Assembly: GCA_964016885.1 (NCBI GenBank) | Contig: OZ024741.1 | Span: 381,610,001 to 381,674,000, forward strand | Direction: 5' to 3' | DNA: 64,000 nt | DNA from: Eledone cirrhosa | Lineage: Eukaryota | Shown: piece after piece, positions 38,971-53,037 of the stretch | Layout: every line of letters starts with the position of its first letter | Position numbering within the stretch: the first letter of the stretch is position 1 | The notes under the pieces: model-generated | Told to the model about the DNA's origin: nothing | What the model saw: only the letters and a program-made list of their open reading frames with translations | Database searches by the model: none | Translations under genes and position numbers: made by a program

Positions 38971-41006
38971 TTGAGGCCCATTGTATCGAGCGTGGAAGGA
39001 CCACTCTACAAAATTTCATAGCTCCTAGCCCGAATACTCCAACCCATCTTAGACACCTTGCCGGGACACGTTAACAGCTGCGAGGAGGTGTTGAAGCGCC
39101 TGCATCAAATGGATCCCGACACCAGAAAGAATCACAGATATGCCTTCAACCTTGATGTAGTCGCTCTCTACACCTCGGTCCCGGCACTCCCGGCCGTCAA
39201 TATACTGATGAAACGCGTCCAATCCATCGACCTACACTGCTTCGGGCTCACCACCACTGACATCCACCAACTCCTATCCATCGTCGTCAACAACCCTTGC
39301 TTCGGATTCCTTGACCAAACATACCAACAAACCTCGGGACTGCCCATGGGATCAAGACTGTCGGGTGTAATAGCGATCTCTTACATGGACAGCCTCGAGC
39401 ACAAGGCACTCAACGCCTGCCACCCCAACGCCGCCGCCTTTTTCTCAAGGTACGTGGACGATATCCTAATCCTCACATCATCCCAAGACATTGCGAACAG
39501 AATCTATGAGACGTTCAACGACACGGACGAAAACATTGAATTCAGTGTTGAACACCCCAACGACGACGGGTTACTTGCCCTCCTCGACTTCCGAATCAAC
39601 ATCACGGAACAGGGAGGGAACCACTGAAACTACTACCGAGAGGCAGCCTGCAGGGACCTGTTCCTCCACTACAAGTACGCCCTTCCTAACAGTGCCAAAC
39701 GAGGATACATCACGAACAAGATCGCGCGAATCAAAAACAGATGCAGCGATCCCGCGAGTTGTGTCACACATACCAAGCGATTCCTCGAGGTGCTGCAGAC
39801 GAACAGGTACCCTACCTCGCTCACAGACAGAGTAGGAGCCACCAGACACAAGAGACAGAGAGGCAGCCAAGGCAAGTGATTCCTTAAAATGCCACACCTG
39901 GTCGAGAATACCACCAACGCTATCCGCAAGGCTATACGGTGGGAGGGCCTCGACATCCACCTGGCCCACTCGGGCCCCTCCCTGCGAAGATGCATCTCCA
40001 GGAAACCCGGGAAATCAACTGACGCGTGCTCTTTCAGAGACTGCCCGATGCGCCATGCGAACTGTTGCCTACGCACATACGTCTTTTATAAGATAGAATG
40101 TAACAAGTGCAACCAATACTATATAGGTAACACAACCCGGGCGTTGCATATTCGGATCAAGGAACACTAAAACCAAGGGTCGTATTTCCGGTAACACATA
40201 GCCAAATGCCGAAAGACGGAAGGCCCATTGTCACAATTCTTGCGACAGAAAGGAACGTCGACACGTTACGTATCAAGGAAGCACTTTGGATCAAACGCCT
40301 AGGGCCACAACTAAACAACCGATTCGAGAGAAGCGAAATGAGGTGGTTGGTTTAAGTTAACCAACGATGCAGCAATACACGCACACACACACACACAAGC
40401 GATGCAGCAACACACACACACACACCCACACACAGTATTATTCCACCATACGAACATACTACACTGCCAATACAGAGGAACAAGGCAATAACACACGAAC
40501 ACACACACACACTCAAGCGAGACAACAACACACGTACACACACAGTAACATTCACCAAACAGGCAGATAATGGACTGACAGCTAGCGCCACCCCACTCCC
40601 AGAATTGAAAGAACTACTTCGGCCGCTGACCTCTGCCTGACCGACCCCATTTCACGCGCACGCGCGCTCTGCTGAATACCTCAGATATTCAAAACAACGA
40701 ACAGCGGAGGACACGTTTCGCCCCTTTCCGACAGACAACCTTCCCCCCACCCCTGCCCGGGAAAAAGCCCCCAGTTGATGGATGTGAATCAGAAATATAT
40801 AAGGACAAGGTTACTCTTTCTCGTGTTGGTATTTTTATTTTTATCCTTTACGTTCTTTCCTTTATTCCTCTACACGTTACAGTATTATACACGCCACGCA
40901 TCTCAACGTACACCCACTTACATCTCTCTCTCCACCACCGGATCTTGTTACCCGGGGATTTACCCCTCTGCATTGTCGAGGCTTCCAAACGACTTAAAGA
41001 AATTTA
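38971..41006 (+). mobile_element. 5'-truncated Penelope/Poseidon-type PLE (RT plus GIY-YIG), with stops and frameshifts
   Basis: LRPIVSS, NLDVVALYTSVP, QTSGLPMGSRLS, RYVDD, LLDF; YKIECNKCNQYYIGNTTRALHIRIKEH. Confidence 0.92.
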
Positions 41007-41056
41007 CCTTATTATTCCACAATGCTTTAAGCAAACTTCAATACTCTCTTATATAC

Positions 41057-41126
<70 letters not shown>

Positions 41127-41455
41127 CTCTGTGTGTATCTGTATGTCACTGTATATATATACATATATATTACCTATACTATTATTCTAAGTACACATCT
41201 TTCTTTGGCTCCTTTTCGCTGATATTTTTGAATCCGACTCCAAAAATTAGTTTTTATAGACGTTAATTTGTAAAGGTTGTGTTTATACGTGAAAGAGTTC
41301 TAAAAAGCAAAGTGGAAAGAGTAATATATGGAATGAGAGAAATGGTTAGATATATCGTGAGGCAAATAAAATGGTTTCTTATATTCTATAAGAAACTAAA
41401 TGAAATTAACTTTTGTAGGTTAAAAATAGAGTAACATGTAAAATAATAATGCCTT

Positions 41456-41520
<65 letters not shown>

Positions 41521-43021
41521 TAAAGGTAAGAGAAAAAGGAAAAAAGAATAAAAATTAAATTAAATTGTAGTGAAAGGGGCAGATGAGGACGTGGGGGAGA
41601 AGGAAAAGTTGGGAAGGGCAGTTGTGTAGATTGTTTACAAGTAACTTGCAGGTATTTATAAGATGATGATTACAGGAGATGAAGGGAAGCAAATGAAATG
41701 ATTCAGTGGTTATCTGCTTTTGAGAGAATTGTGTTGCTTATGATTCTGGGAGTGGTGACCAGCAATTGTGTTTAACACGACGGTGATGATAGATAGGAGA
41801 TTATCATAAACAAAATAATTTAGGTAGGCAGGTAAGTGTGTATCAATTATTGGGTGCAAATACCATATTTAGTGGATAGATGACAGATAATGGAATTACA
41901 TTAGGAAACAGTGGAGATGACATTTTCGACGATCATCATCATAATGATAAAGTTAAAAGCAGGAATTAATGAAACAGCAAAACTAGAAAAATAATGAAAT
42001 GGTATTATCTCATGACAACAATTTGTAAAGTAGTAGAAAATGAAAAATAACAATGACCTTTATACTGAGAGACTGTAATAACAATGTTGATTACAGTGAT
42101 AACAATGTAGAAGTAATTGTAATAGAGACATGATGTATTACTGATGGCGATGGCAGTTGCTGTGTCAAGGAAATATTAATATCGAACGATCGAGAAGTTC
42201 CCCGGCCTCATTCAGTGACCGAGTGAGATGGATCAGGGGAAAGCGGTCCAGGGTAGCAATGTTTCCATTGGTTTTTCCATTGTTGCAACTAACTACCGCT
42301 CGCAACTCCTGACAGAAGGAGCAACGTGAAATAACATCGCATCACACAGTTAGGTAATCGATATCACAAACTCATCATTGATAATCCAATTCTTTAACCT
42401 CTAAACCATGCACGTCGTGATAAACTATATGTTAATATATATTAGGATTACTGAAGCTATTTTTGAGGAGCAAATAATCACGTTGTGATGCGCTAGAAAA
42501 TTTGAAAAAAAGATTTGAAACAAGAAATTAAAAATATATTGTTGGGTTACGCACACCCTATAAAGCTCAGGTGATGATTATAATTAAATTGTTCATGAGA
42601 TATAGAATCTAGAAGGGTTAACAATAAGGGAATGTTTCTACAATTCGAAGATATGTAAACTAATAGTGCGTTTTGCTTTTATTAGATACTTCTCAAATAT
42701 TTTTATCTAATGTAAATGGCTTTTCATGACATTTACAGATTTCATTTTCTTCAAATCAAAACAAATAATATCTCAAAATAAATATTTCTATATTTGGTAT
42801 ATGAAGGACACTTAGGATTTAACAAATAAGTTTTAACTTTTTCGATTAATTAATAATTAATTTAATTTAACAAATTGAGTTGTCATATTTTCTTAAACAA
42901 TTGGCTATTTCTAACTGAAGAACAACTTATATATGTATATGAATGCATACACACACACATATGCATGCATACATACATACATACATACATACATACATAC
43001 ATACATACATACATACATACA

Positions 43022-43609
43022 TGGTGGCTGCCAACTCGTTTTCGAGTACGGCCACTACTTTATATCCATGTAGGAGAACCCCTACCGATGCGCTGAACGA
43101 GTGTGACTTTTTAGTCTAGCCAGCGACTTGAAAACTCTGGTACAAACACTACACTTGTGACAATTATTGACACAGAGTGGTGGGCCCATGGTACCATGTG
43201 ACGACAAGTGCAGAAAGATCTCCAGATATAAAGCAATGCCTGTGCCGTGAAGCTTTTATAGTGAGCAAAGGCACTGCACCAAGCCAGTCCCACTCTCTTA
43301 ACCAAGATGATATTTACCAAAAAGAAGAACAAGTCAACATCATTGGATACATCAGAGTTTTCCTTCTCCTAGAATTCTGCCTTGACAAAGGCTAAGGCGT
43401 CATCTCTCCCGGTGATTTTGGATGGCCATTGACTCTTAAGAGCTCCTTTGCCCTTTGACAGGTTTTGTTTTTAGTCCTGCAGGATGTCTAAAGTCACCCT
43501 CCTCACCAAGAAACGTTGGTGGGGTTGCCAGTTTAGTCGCCAACGACCCGACCATGAGAAAGGTTGTACTGGGATACATGTTACCAGTAGCACCAACTGG
43601 TGCCTGACA
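43022..43609 (-). mobile_element. Second copy of the ~600-bp RTE-UTR-like repeat
   Basis: Reverse complement of 26371-26980 with a short internal deletion. Confidence 0.85.
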
Positions 43610-43626
43610 TACATACATACATACAA

Positions 43627-43659
<33 letters not shown>

Positions 43660-44156
43660 TGCACATATATATACAACAATCATTTTGTGCGATGTTTATT
43701 ACTACAGTGTAAGCAATGCATATTCATAAGTTGGTGTTCATAATATACAAGCATATCATATGCACCGGTTGCTAAAATACATATGCATAAGTATATATGT
43801 ATATTTATTTTGCAATAACAGAATGGGGCAGCTTTTGGTATGTTATTGTTGTTTTCATAATTATTTTTCAGGCTAAACCGAGTAAACTGTTGCACTGGAA
43901 TATCACAGAATATATTTTGTTCATTTTGCAAGAAAAGACCTATCCAGCTTTATTGTTTCTACTTCACAGAACAACATCCCAATAATATGAAATAGCTTCT
44001 GACTATATTAGCAAATATTGTAAACTATTAGCATGTACCATACATTCATTTCAACCAATCAATATAGACGAATACATAAATATACAGAAACAGACAGGGG
44101 TGCATATTTACACACACATGCACACAAACATATATATGTATTCATATCATATAGTC

Positions 44157-44212
<56 letters not shown>

Positions 44213-44320
44213 TACAGGAATACAATACTATATAGAGGAGAATTGAAAGAGTTATTTTAATTACGTTGTTGCTTCAAATGAAGGCGCATGCATCCTTTTG
44301 TCATCAATTATATATATATA

Positions 44321-44940
44321 TAAAAGAGAAAACACAGGTAAGCATTAAGAGAAGGATTTTATCCAGGTATTTACTATAATTACATTATTATCGTTATCTT
44401 TATTTTTTATATATATATTTATATATTTATCTCTTTATATCTCCCCACCCCTCTCTCTCTCTCCCTCTCTATCCATCCCTCCCACTATGATCAATTTAAT
44501 TCTCTTTAACTTAATACACTCCATGACATGAAGTCTGCTATCAAAACTGACCAAGGAATCCTTCCACCTCTACCCCTCCCTCCATCTCAGTTTGTCACTC
44601 TACTTCCTACCTCTTCCCCCTTCCTCTCTCTCTATACTATTCCGTCTGTCCGCTCACCTTCTGATTCCTCTCTCTCTATACTATTCCGTCTGTCCGCTCA
44701 CCTTCTGATTCCTCTCTCTCTATACTAGTAAATACAATTCCAAATAAATGTTTTTCTCTATATATTAAGAATTATTTCAAGAGTAACTTACTATTTTGAA
44801 AATTTGGACTGTGAACAACAATTATTATTGAGTGGCTGCTATTTGCAGTATAGCAATATAGGTTGCACTTACCAATGAAACGGTCGTAAATACCTGGATA
44901 AAATCCTTCTCTTAATGCTTACCTGTGTTTTCTCTTTTAT
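44321..44940. mobile_element. PLE-type 3' fragment with ~53-bp inverted pLTR piece
   Basis: 44321-44373 is the reverse complement of 44886-44939; pyrimidine-rich interior; (TA)n flank. Confidence 0.55.
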
Positions 44941-45188
44941 ACTTTATACTCCAAGATTGAACGGAATTCTTACAAACTTGTGGAGTTACCCCTAACCGTA
45001 CGTTGAAACCATCCATGAAACTGGCTTTCTTAACTAAAAACTGGATCACAATAAGTAATGTGTTGCTTCTCTAACTATATATATATATATATATATATGG
45101 AGAGTTATATTAAAAATTGTTGGGTTACAACTAGTAAATATTTATAACTGATATAAAAGCACTCAACAAGTATTTGGAGTATATTTAC

Positions 45189-45550
45189 GATATTAAATAA
45201 ATGGAAACTATATTTATAAAACCATATTTATTTCATTATATATATTTCAGGGATATCATATTAACAATATGTTATGCCTTCCTCAGACAAAATACAATAT
45301 AGACAGTTTTATAGATAAATAGATTTGACATACCGTTCAACATCGACTTGCATTTGAAAAAGTTGATTTGGCAAATGAACCTTTTCAAATACAAGTCGAT
45401 GTTGAACGGTATGTCAAATCTATTTATCTATAAAACTGTCTATATTGTATTTTGTCTGAGGAAGGCATAACATATTGTTAATATGATATCCCTGAAATAT
45501 ATATAATGAAATAAATATGGTTTTATAAATATAGTTTCCATTTATTTAAT

Positions 45551-45553
<3 letters not shown>
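45189..45553. repeat. 365-bp near-perfect palindrome with an HHR on each strand
   Basis: Arms of about 180 bp; CTGAGGA at 45456 and GAAA-TATATA at 45494 on plus, with the mirror image on minus. Confidence 0.9.
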
Positions 45554-45616
<63 letters not shown>

Positions 45617-46119
45617 GACAAACAGAAAGAGAGACCAAGAGATAAGGATAAGGAAAATTGATAAAGAGAGAGGTGGAAAGAGTAAATAGAGTTAGTGAAG
45701 GGGAGCTCAATCTGAAAAATGGTTCATTTGATTTTGTTTATTATTTTGGTGTATATTTTTACGCATTTCTCATCGTATGACAAAAAAGCTGATTAAACTG
45801 GTCTGAAGTGATATATAAAACTATACATTGAAATAATATTTGTAAGACGAAATTGAGTTTATTAGAATCAAAGTGAAATACCATGTGTAAACCTTGTCTT
45901 TCTGAGACTTTTAAATCAATCACCGTCCATTACAATAGAGATTATTATTCAGCAAGGTACAATATCTGGATATTAATTATATAGTTAGAGTCACTATAAA
46001 GTACAGTTCCCTCTCAAACTATAGGATGCTGTTAGCATAAGAATATATTTGCATTATTGTTTGCATACACACACACGTATATATATATATATATATAAAT
46101 GTATTACATATATATATAT

Positions 46120-47321
46120 TAATGGAAAAAATGAAATTTCATTTCTCACTCTTAGTACGGCTGATACTTAAATATAAGTATGTATACGTACATACATATA
46201 TGTATACAGACGTACAGTAGTATGTATATACATACATACATGCACACACATATATATATATATATGTACGTATGGGTTTATCGAACATTTATTATACAAA
46301 CAACCCGAATTAAGCCGTACAGTGTTCAGCAACCTTCATTGCACTTTTGTTCAACACTGACAAACCGTTAATATGCATAAGGAAAGTATATACATTCAAA
46401 CGTTCAATTGATTGAAAGGAAGGTTTACGGTGCTGATGACAGCTAATAAGCTAGAAACTAGTACACACATATACGTCTGTATACATGTATGTGTATGTAC
46501 GTATACATACTTATATTTAAGTATCAGTCGTACTAAGAGTGAGAAATTAAATTTCATTTTTTCCCTTTATCGTTTTCGGTACGCCCGGCCGACTAACTCA
46601 CTCAATATGCAAACGTTCAATCTATTGAAAGGAAGGTATACGGTGCTGATGGCAGCTAATAAACTAGAAACTAGTTCATCGTTCCTTTGTCAGTGTTGAA
46701 CAAAAAGGGCAACGATGGTTGCCAAACATTCTACGGCTTAATTCAGGCTGTTTGTTTACAAACAAACCGAACATTAAAATAAAAGTTCGATGAACACATA
46801 CGTATATATATATATATATATGTATATGTGTGTATGTATGTATTTACATACAACTGTACGTCTGTATACATGTATGTGTGTACGTATACATACTTATATT
46901 TAAGTATCAGCCGTACTAAGAGTGAGAAATTAAATTTCAGTTTTTCCGTTTATCGTTTTCGGTACGCCCGGCCGACTAACTCATCCGACGTGCAAATTAG
47001 GCTGCTCAGCCGTTAATATGCATAAGGAAAGTATATACTTTCAAACATTCAATCGATTGACAGGAAGGTATACGGTGCTGACGACAGCTAATAAGCTAGA
47101 AACTATTTCATCGTTCCTTTGCTAGTGTTGAACAAAACAGCAACGTTGTTTGCCGAACACTGTACTGCTTAATTCGGGCTGTTTGTTTACAAACAAACCG
47201 AACATTATAATAAATGTTCGGTAAACCCATACGTACGTATATATATGTATATGTGTGCATGTATGTATGTATACAAATACTACTGTACGTCTGCATACAT
47301 GTATGTATGTACGTATACATA

Positions 47322-47330
<9 letters not shown>
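46120..47330 (+). mobile_element. HHR-containing tandem repeat (retrozyme-like), locus 2: inverted fragment plus three HHR units
   Basis: Cores at 46433 (CTGATGA), 46646 (CTGATGG) and 47078 (CTGACGA); full period 432 bp; inverted fragment at 46120-46363. Confidence 0.85.
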
Positions 47331-47380
<50 letters not shown>

Positions 47381-47384
<4 letters not shown>

Positions 47385-47935
47385 GCTCCACATGGCTGAA
47401 TACAATAAATGTAATCTGAGTTTTTCGAATATTAATTATAATATTCGATTTGTTTGCAATTATGCATACAAGCCTCATCTTTAAAGCCATGTCAGCAGAA
47501 TGAACCCCTCATTCTTGCTCTTGTGTTGGCATGTAAACTGAACTGAAGACACTAATGTTTCTGGGTGTGATCCTTCATCAGTACAGTTCACTTTTCACCT
47601 GCCAACTGTTAAAGCTAGTAAAAATATATATTCTCTAAAATATAGAGTGACATATCGGCCTGATTTGCATATTAGCACACAGGCTAATCAGTCAGATCTG
47701 CATATTATCAGATCCACTGATCACCCAGATTTGCATATCAGCCGACTGGCCATTCAGTTTCCTGTATACGAGCGATCAATGTCGGGCTTGGTCATGAACA
47801 AGAATTAGGAGGTCATTCTACTGACATGGCTTTAAAAATGAGCCTTGTTTGCATAATTGCAAACGGAACGAATATTATTATTAATATTCGAAAATCTCAG
47901 ATTACATTTATTGTATTCAGCCATGTAGAGTGAAT
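47381..47935 (-). mobile_element. Small element with ~125-bp inverted ends, an internal HHR and an octamer cluster
   Basis: 47381-47508 is the inverse of 47808-47935; ATTTGCAT at 47663 and 47729; ATCTGCAT at 47696. Confidence 0.75.
47540..47589 (-). ncRNA. Type I hammerhead ribozyme
   Basis: GAACTGTA-CTGATGA-AGGATCACACCCA-GAAACA-TTAG-TGTC-TTCAGTTC; helix I 7 of 8 bp, GUC triplet, short stem II. Confidence 0.7.
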
Positions 47936-48603
47936 TTTTTTTTTAATATATCAACAAGGGTTAGGACATTCATGCACTAGATATTATGAGAGCATTATGA
48001 AAGACAAACAGAAAAATGATGGTACAAACGCACACCTGAAAAAGTGCCATAAAATGCCAAAGCAACGATTCTTTGGCATATGCCAATACATATAAACAGA
48101 AATATGAAGGCAAAACGACCAGATATTATAGTCAAAGATCACAAAAATAAAATGCCTTCTAATTGGTCTATGAATCAACACAGACAACAATATATCTCCC
48201 AAGCGAATGGAGGAAGTCTTTAATTATGAAGATTTAGGGATAGAAATAACCTGAATCTTAAAATGAAAAGAGAGACAATACCTATAATAATAGGTGATCT
48301 AGCAATGATAAAAACACATAAAAATACATAGCCCAAACCCCCAAAAATGCAAATATTTACACCATGCAGGGATAAGTTGTATAACGTCAAGTGCTTTTCT
48401 CATATTACGTCATAGTTAACATTGCATAATGACCAATTCTACCCAGAGATAATCCACCAAATTTAAACATATATATATATATATATATGTGTATGTGTGT
48501 GTGTGTGTGTGAAGTATTTCCGGTGGAAAGGTAAAGGAAAAGAGAGTGCTCTATGTAGGCTACAGAGCTTTTAATTTATGTAATAAACAACGTAAGATAA
48601 TTA

Positions 48604-48665
48604 ATTCATTTACCAGTGGTTTCTTGGAGACATATTTATATCTGTCTTCAGTCGTCAGAACGAAT
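48604..48665 (-). ncRNA. Type I hammerhead ribozyme
   Basis: ATTCGTT-CTGACGA-stem II (AGACA/TGTCT)-GAAACCA-C-TGGTA-AATGAAT; 7-bp helix I. Confidence 0.85.
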
Positions 48666-49014
48666 AAAATGGAATGTTTATTAAATATGGATTTGAAAAC
48701 AAAATATAGGAAATATGAAAGTGAGGCTTAAATCAAATAACGGGCAAAAAATGAAAGGGAAAAATATATAAACAAATTCCAGAACATACACACACTCAAA
48801 TATCCAGAACATACACACACTAAAACATCTGCTTATATGTAATAGTACGTAATCGTATACATTCTCACATAAGTGTATGTGCGTCTACGTGGAAATAAGA
48901 ACACACATATAAACGTGTAATATTTTGCTCACATATGCGCACACACAAGCGCACACATGTACTCAATAATAACGTAAAATCTATATATACACACATGCAT
49001 ATCTCTCCACACTC

Positions 49015-49532
<518 letters not shown>

Positions 49533-49667
49533 ACCCTTCCACCACTTGTCATCTTATTGTTAATTATTATGTTTATTTTTACATTTATTTTTATATTTAT
49601 TTGTTCTCCTTCCCCCTTTTTTCTAAATGTATTTCCACACCCCCCCGGAATTCTCTTCCTAACCTAT

Positions 49668-49703
49668 TTATCCTGAGGAAGGGCTTATGCCCGAAACGTT
49701 GCC
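49668..49703 (+). ncRNA. Minimal hammerhead motif in a PLE pLTR (same family as 3278)
   Basis: CTGAGGA-A-GGGC TTAT GCCC-GAAACGTT. Confidence 0.6.
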
Positions 49704-49786
49704 CCCCCCCCCACACTCTCAAGAGCGTGAGCCTAATAAACCTTTATTTGTCTGCCACTCTGTTTTGTTCCCGTCTATATTTGCAC

Positions 49787-49861
<75 letters not shown>

Positions 49862-50084
49862 GCACATACATATATTAATATGCACAAACCATTGGGAAGT
49901 AGTTCAGGGACAGATATGAATAAATAAAATCAAAAAAATTCAAAAAATATATAAGAAAATAAAAATAAAAGTAAAATACCTCCCACCGAGAATGATCGAA
50001 ACATATTCTATATTACATATATGATTAGCACTTTCCAGCCCGATAAGTTGAGCACTCTACAGTTTCAGGAAATTAACCGATATA

Positions 50085-52540
50085 TGCCATAGACGTTTAT
50101 CAATTGAATTATTCTATCAAAATATTCCTACTCCTCCCAACACCACTTATACCAAATATTTTATTGACAAAATTGAACAAGTCATAAAAAGAATGAGATG
50201 TAAGGTGATGATTTTCGATGGACAATTCTATGCTGATTCTAATGACTACTTTGAAATTAAATATCGCAAATACCCACCTAGAATTAAGGACATGGCCAAC
50301 TTCGAAATATACCTAGTTAACATGATAAATGAATTAAAATACCGTAAGTACAACAATTTTCCATCTAAACTCATTAACGACATATCTACTTTTAAACACT
50401 CTAAAAATACTTCCGTTTTTTCTGACAAAACCAAAATTCTTTATGTAGTAAATAACAATTCGTAGAACCAACTACTAACAGATAGCATCACTGATAAATA
50501 TCAAAAAGCTAACATTAATACTTATAATACCATTAATAATGAAGCTAAAGCCCTAGCTTGTACTTTAAAAGTTGATAACTGAATTGAAAGCCTATCCAAA
50601 CGTAAAGAACATATTACCATTAAAGACCATAACTTAGACTTTACTAATCAACCCAGTTGTAGACTAATAAACGCTGTTAAATCTGAATCTGGTCTTCCGA
50701 GTAAAAAAATCCTAAGATATGTAATACTTCAAATACGAACTATGGTTAAATACATCCTCTGTTATTTCTTGCTTTAATAATATACAGGGAAGAAATAAGT
50801 GTAGATTTACCCAATTTGATATTGTTCATTTTTACCCTTCTATCACATAATCCTTATTAACTAGATTTTGCTAGACTTTACATTAATATTTCTAAATTAG
50901 AAGATGTTATTTTACATGCTTGGAAAACACTACTTTTTGCTAATGAGGGTACTTCGGTTAAAACATCAAGCCCCGAAAACACTTTTGATGTCGCGATGGG
51001 CTCCTATGATAGCGCCGATGTGTGCGACTTTGTAGGATTATTCCTCCTCTACACCCTTAAAGAGAAATGTCATGCCATAATATCGGCTTATACCAAGACG
51101 ATGGTTTGGCAGTTTCTCATACCACCAACGACCATAACCTTGATGAATTACGTAAAGACTTAATCAATACCTTTGCTAACTTAAACCTAAACATTACTAT
51201 AGATACGAATCTCACAAATAATAACTTCCTTGATATCAATATTGACCTACTTACAGCCTCTTTTAAACCATATCATAAACCCAATGAAAATTTAAGATAT
51301 ACACACAAAAGTCTTGCCACCCCACTATAGTCTTTAAAAATCTTATTCCTAAAATTAATCGTAGGATCTCTACCTTATCTCCGTCTATAGATATTTTTAA
51401 CAAAGCTGCCCCTTATAAGGCCCTCAATAACAGCGGATTAACCGAACAAATTAAATATTTACCTACTCCTCTTTCTAACACTAAACACAATAACAGGAAA
51501 AGAATAATTATTTGGTTTACGCCTCCCTTCTCTCTAACTGTTAAAACAAACGTAGGAAGAAAATTCCTCGAGCTTCTAGGCAAACATTTACCCCCAAATC
51601 ATAGATATAATAAGATATTTAATAGAAATTTAGTTAAAATCAGTTACTTTTGCTGTCCATCAATGAAAAATTAAATTTACCAACTCAAATGGTACTAGAG
51701 GAAATCCAGGATGCACCTGCAGGAAACCGGAAGAATGTCCATTAAAGGGCAAATGTAATACCAAATGCATTGTGTATGAGGCCAAGTTGACACCGATGAT
51801 TAATAACCAGCTAGCCAGAAATGAGCGATATGTTGGCATGCCTCGGGACAGATTTAAAACCTGGTATTATGCACACGTCGCTTCTTACAAACACCCTGAA
51901 AAAAGAACAGCAACGACACTGGCAGATAAAGTGTGGGAGTTTAAATACAACAACATTCCATACTCTATCGATTGATATATTTTAGACAACTCAAGAGAAT
52001 ACCGAAGGGCAGAAAGAAATGTTCGTTGGGTAGTACGGAAAAATTTTGAATTCCCCAAAACTTGAAAACATCTCCCACTTGCCTGAACTCTAAGACCGAG
52101 ATCTTTAGATGTTGTCCCCATCTGAAATCGCATCTACGTTTAAGCTGGATTAACACACCAAGGATTACACAACCACCCTGAGCTTCCTCTTTACATGTTA
52201 CGCCTTCCACTCACTACCAATATCATCACCTTATGAACACTACTTCTTGACCAGTGTTCATATAAACACATACGTTCTACATATATATACATTTTTCTCC
52301 CTCATGTTTATCTATTTTTTTCCACCTCCCCCCTATTTTCTACAATACCTTTAACAAATACCCACCCACAACCTTCATCCTGTACTCTACCTTTACCCAG
52401 ATCACTTTTTAACTATATACCCTTATTCAGATCACTTCACAAACATTTACTTTCTACCACAACTTATACACACCTCTTCTCCCTTTTCTCCATCACCTGT
52501 TCATCTAAATCTTTTTATATTATTTGATTTAAGTTATACT
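50085..52540 (+). mobile_element. Near full-length decayed Naiad-type PLE
   Basis: NIPTP...KIEQVIKRMR, ITIKDH...CRLIN, FDIVHFYPSI, FDVAMGSYDSADVCDFVG, GLYQDDGL, WFTPPFS, CTCRKPEECPLKGKC, IVYEA...YVG. Confidence 0.9.
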
Positions 52541-52702
52541 CCTCCTTTGCCCTTACATACCCATAATGTATGTATGTGTACTCACAATGGTTGCATGTGG
52601 GCGCATATGCAGACAGGCATATATGTACATACACATATATGTGTATTTATTCATAAATACATGTATATGTGTGTGTGTGTGTATGCGTGTATATCTTATG
52701 TA

Positions 52703-52786
<84 letters not shown>

Positions 52787-52848
52787 GAGAGAGAGATAGA
52801 GATAGAGCGAGAGAGAGATATGTATGTATGTGCATTTATATATTATAA

Positions 52849-53037
52849 TTGTTTCTACTTTTGGCACAAGGCCAGCAAATACCCAGTGTATTACTGATAC
52901 TTTATTTTATCAACCCCGTAAGGATGAAAGGCAAAGTTAACCTCGGCGGGATTTAAACTCAGAATGGCAAGGGCCGTAACTCTCTACGTCAAAGCATGGC
53001 GCCCGAGCCTCTACCGATACTTCCAATCCACCGCCCT
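52849..53037 (-). mobile_element. tRNA-derived SINE family A
   Basis: Highly similar to the other family A copies. Confidence 0.9.

Noticed and set aside
44622-44727. 44-bp tandem duplication (also a ~26-bp one at 48776-48830) as a CRISPR-like array
   Set aside because: Only two units, no spacers, eukaryotic context.
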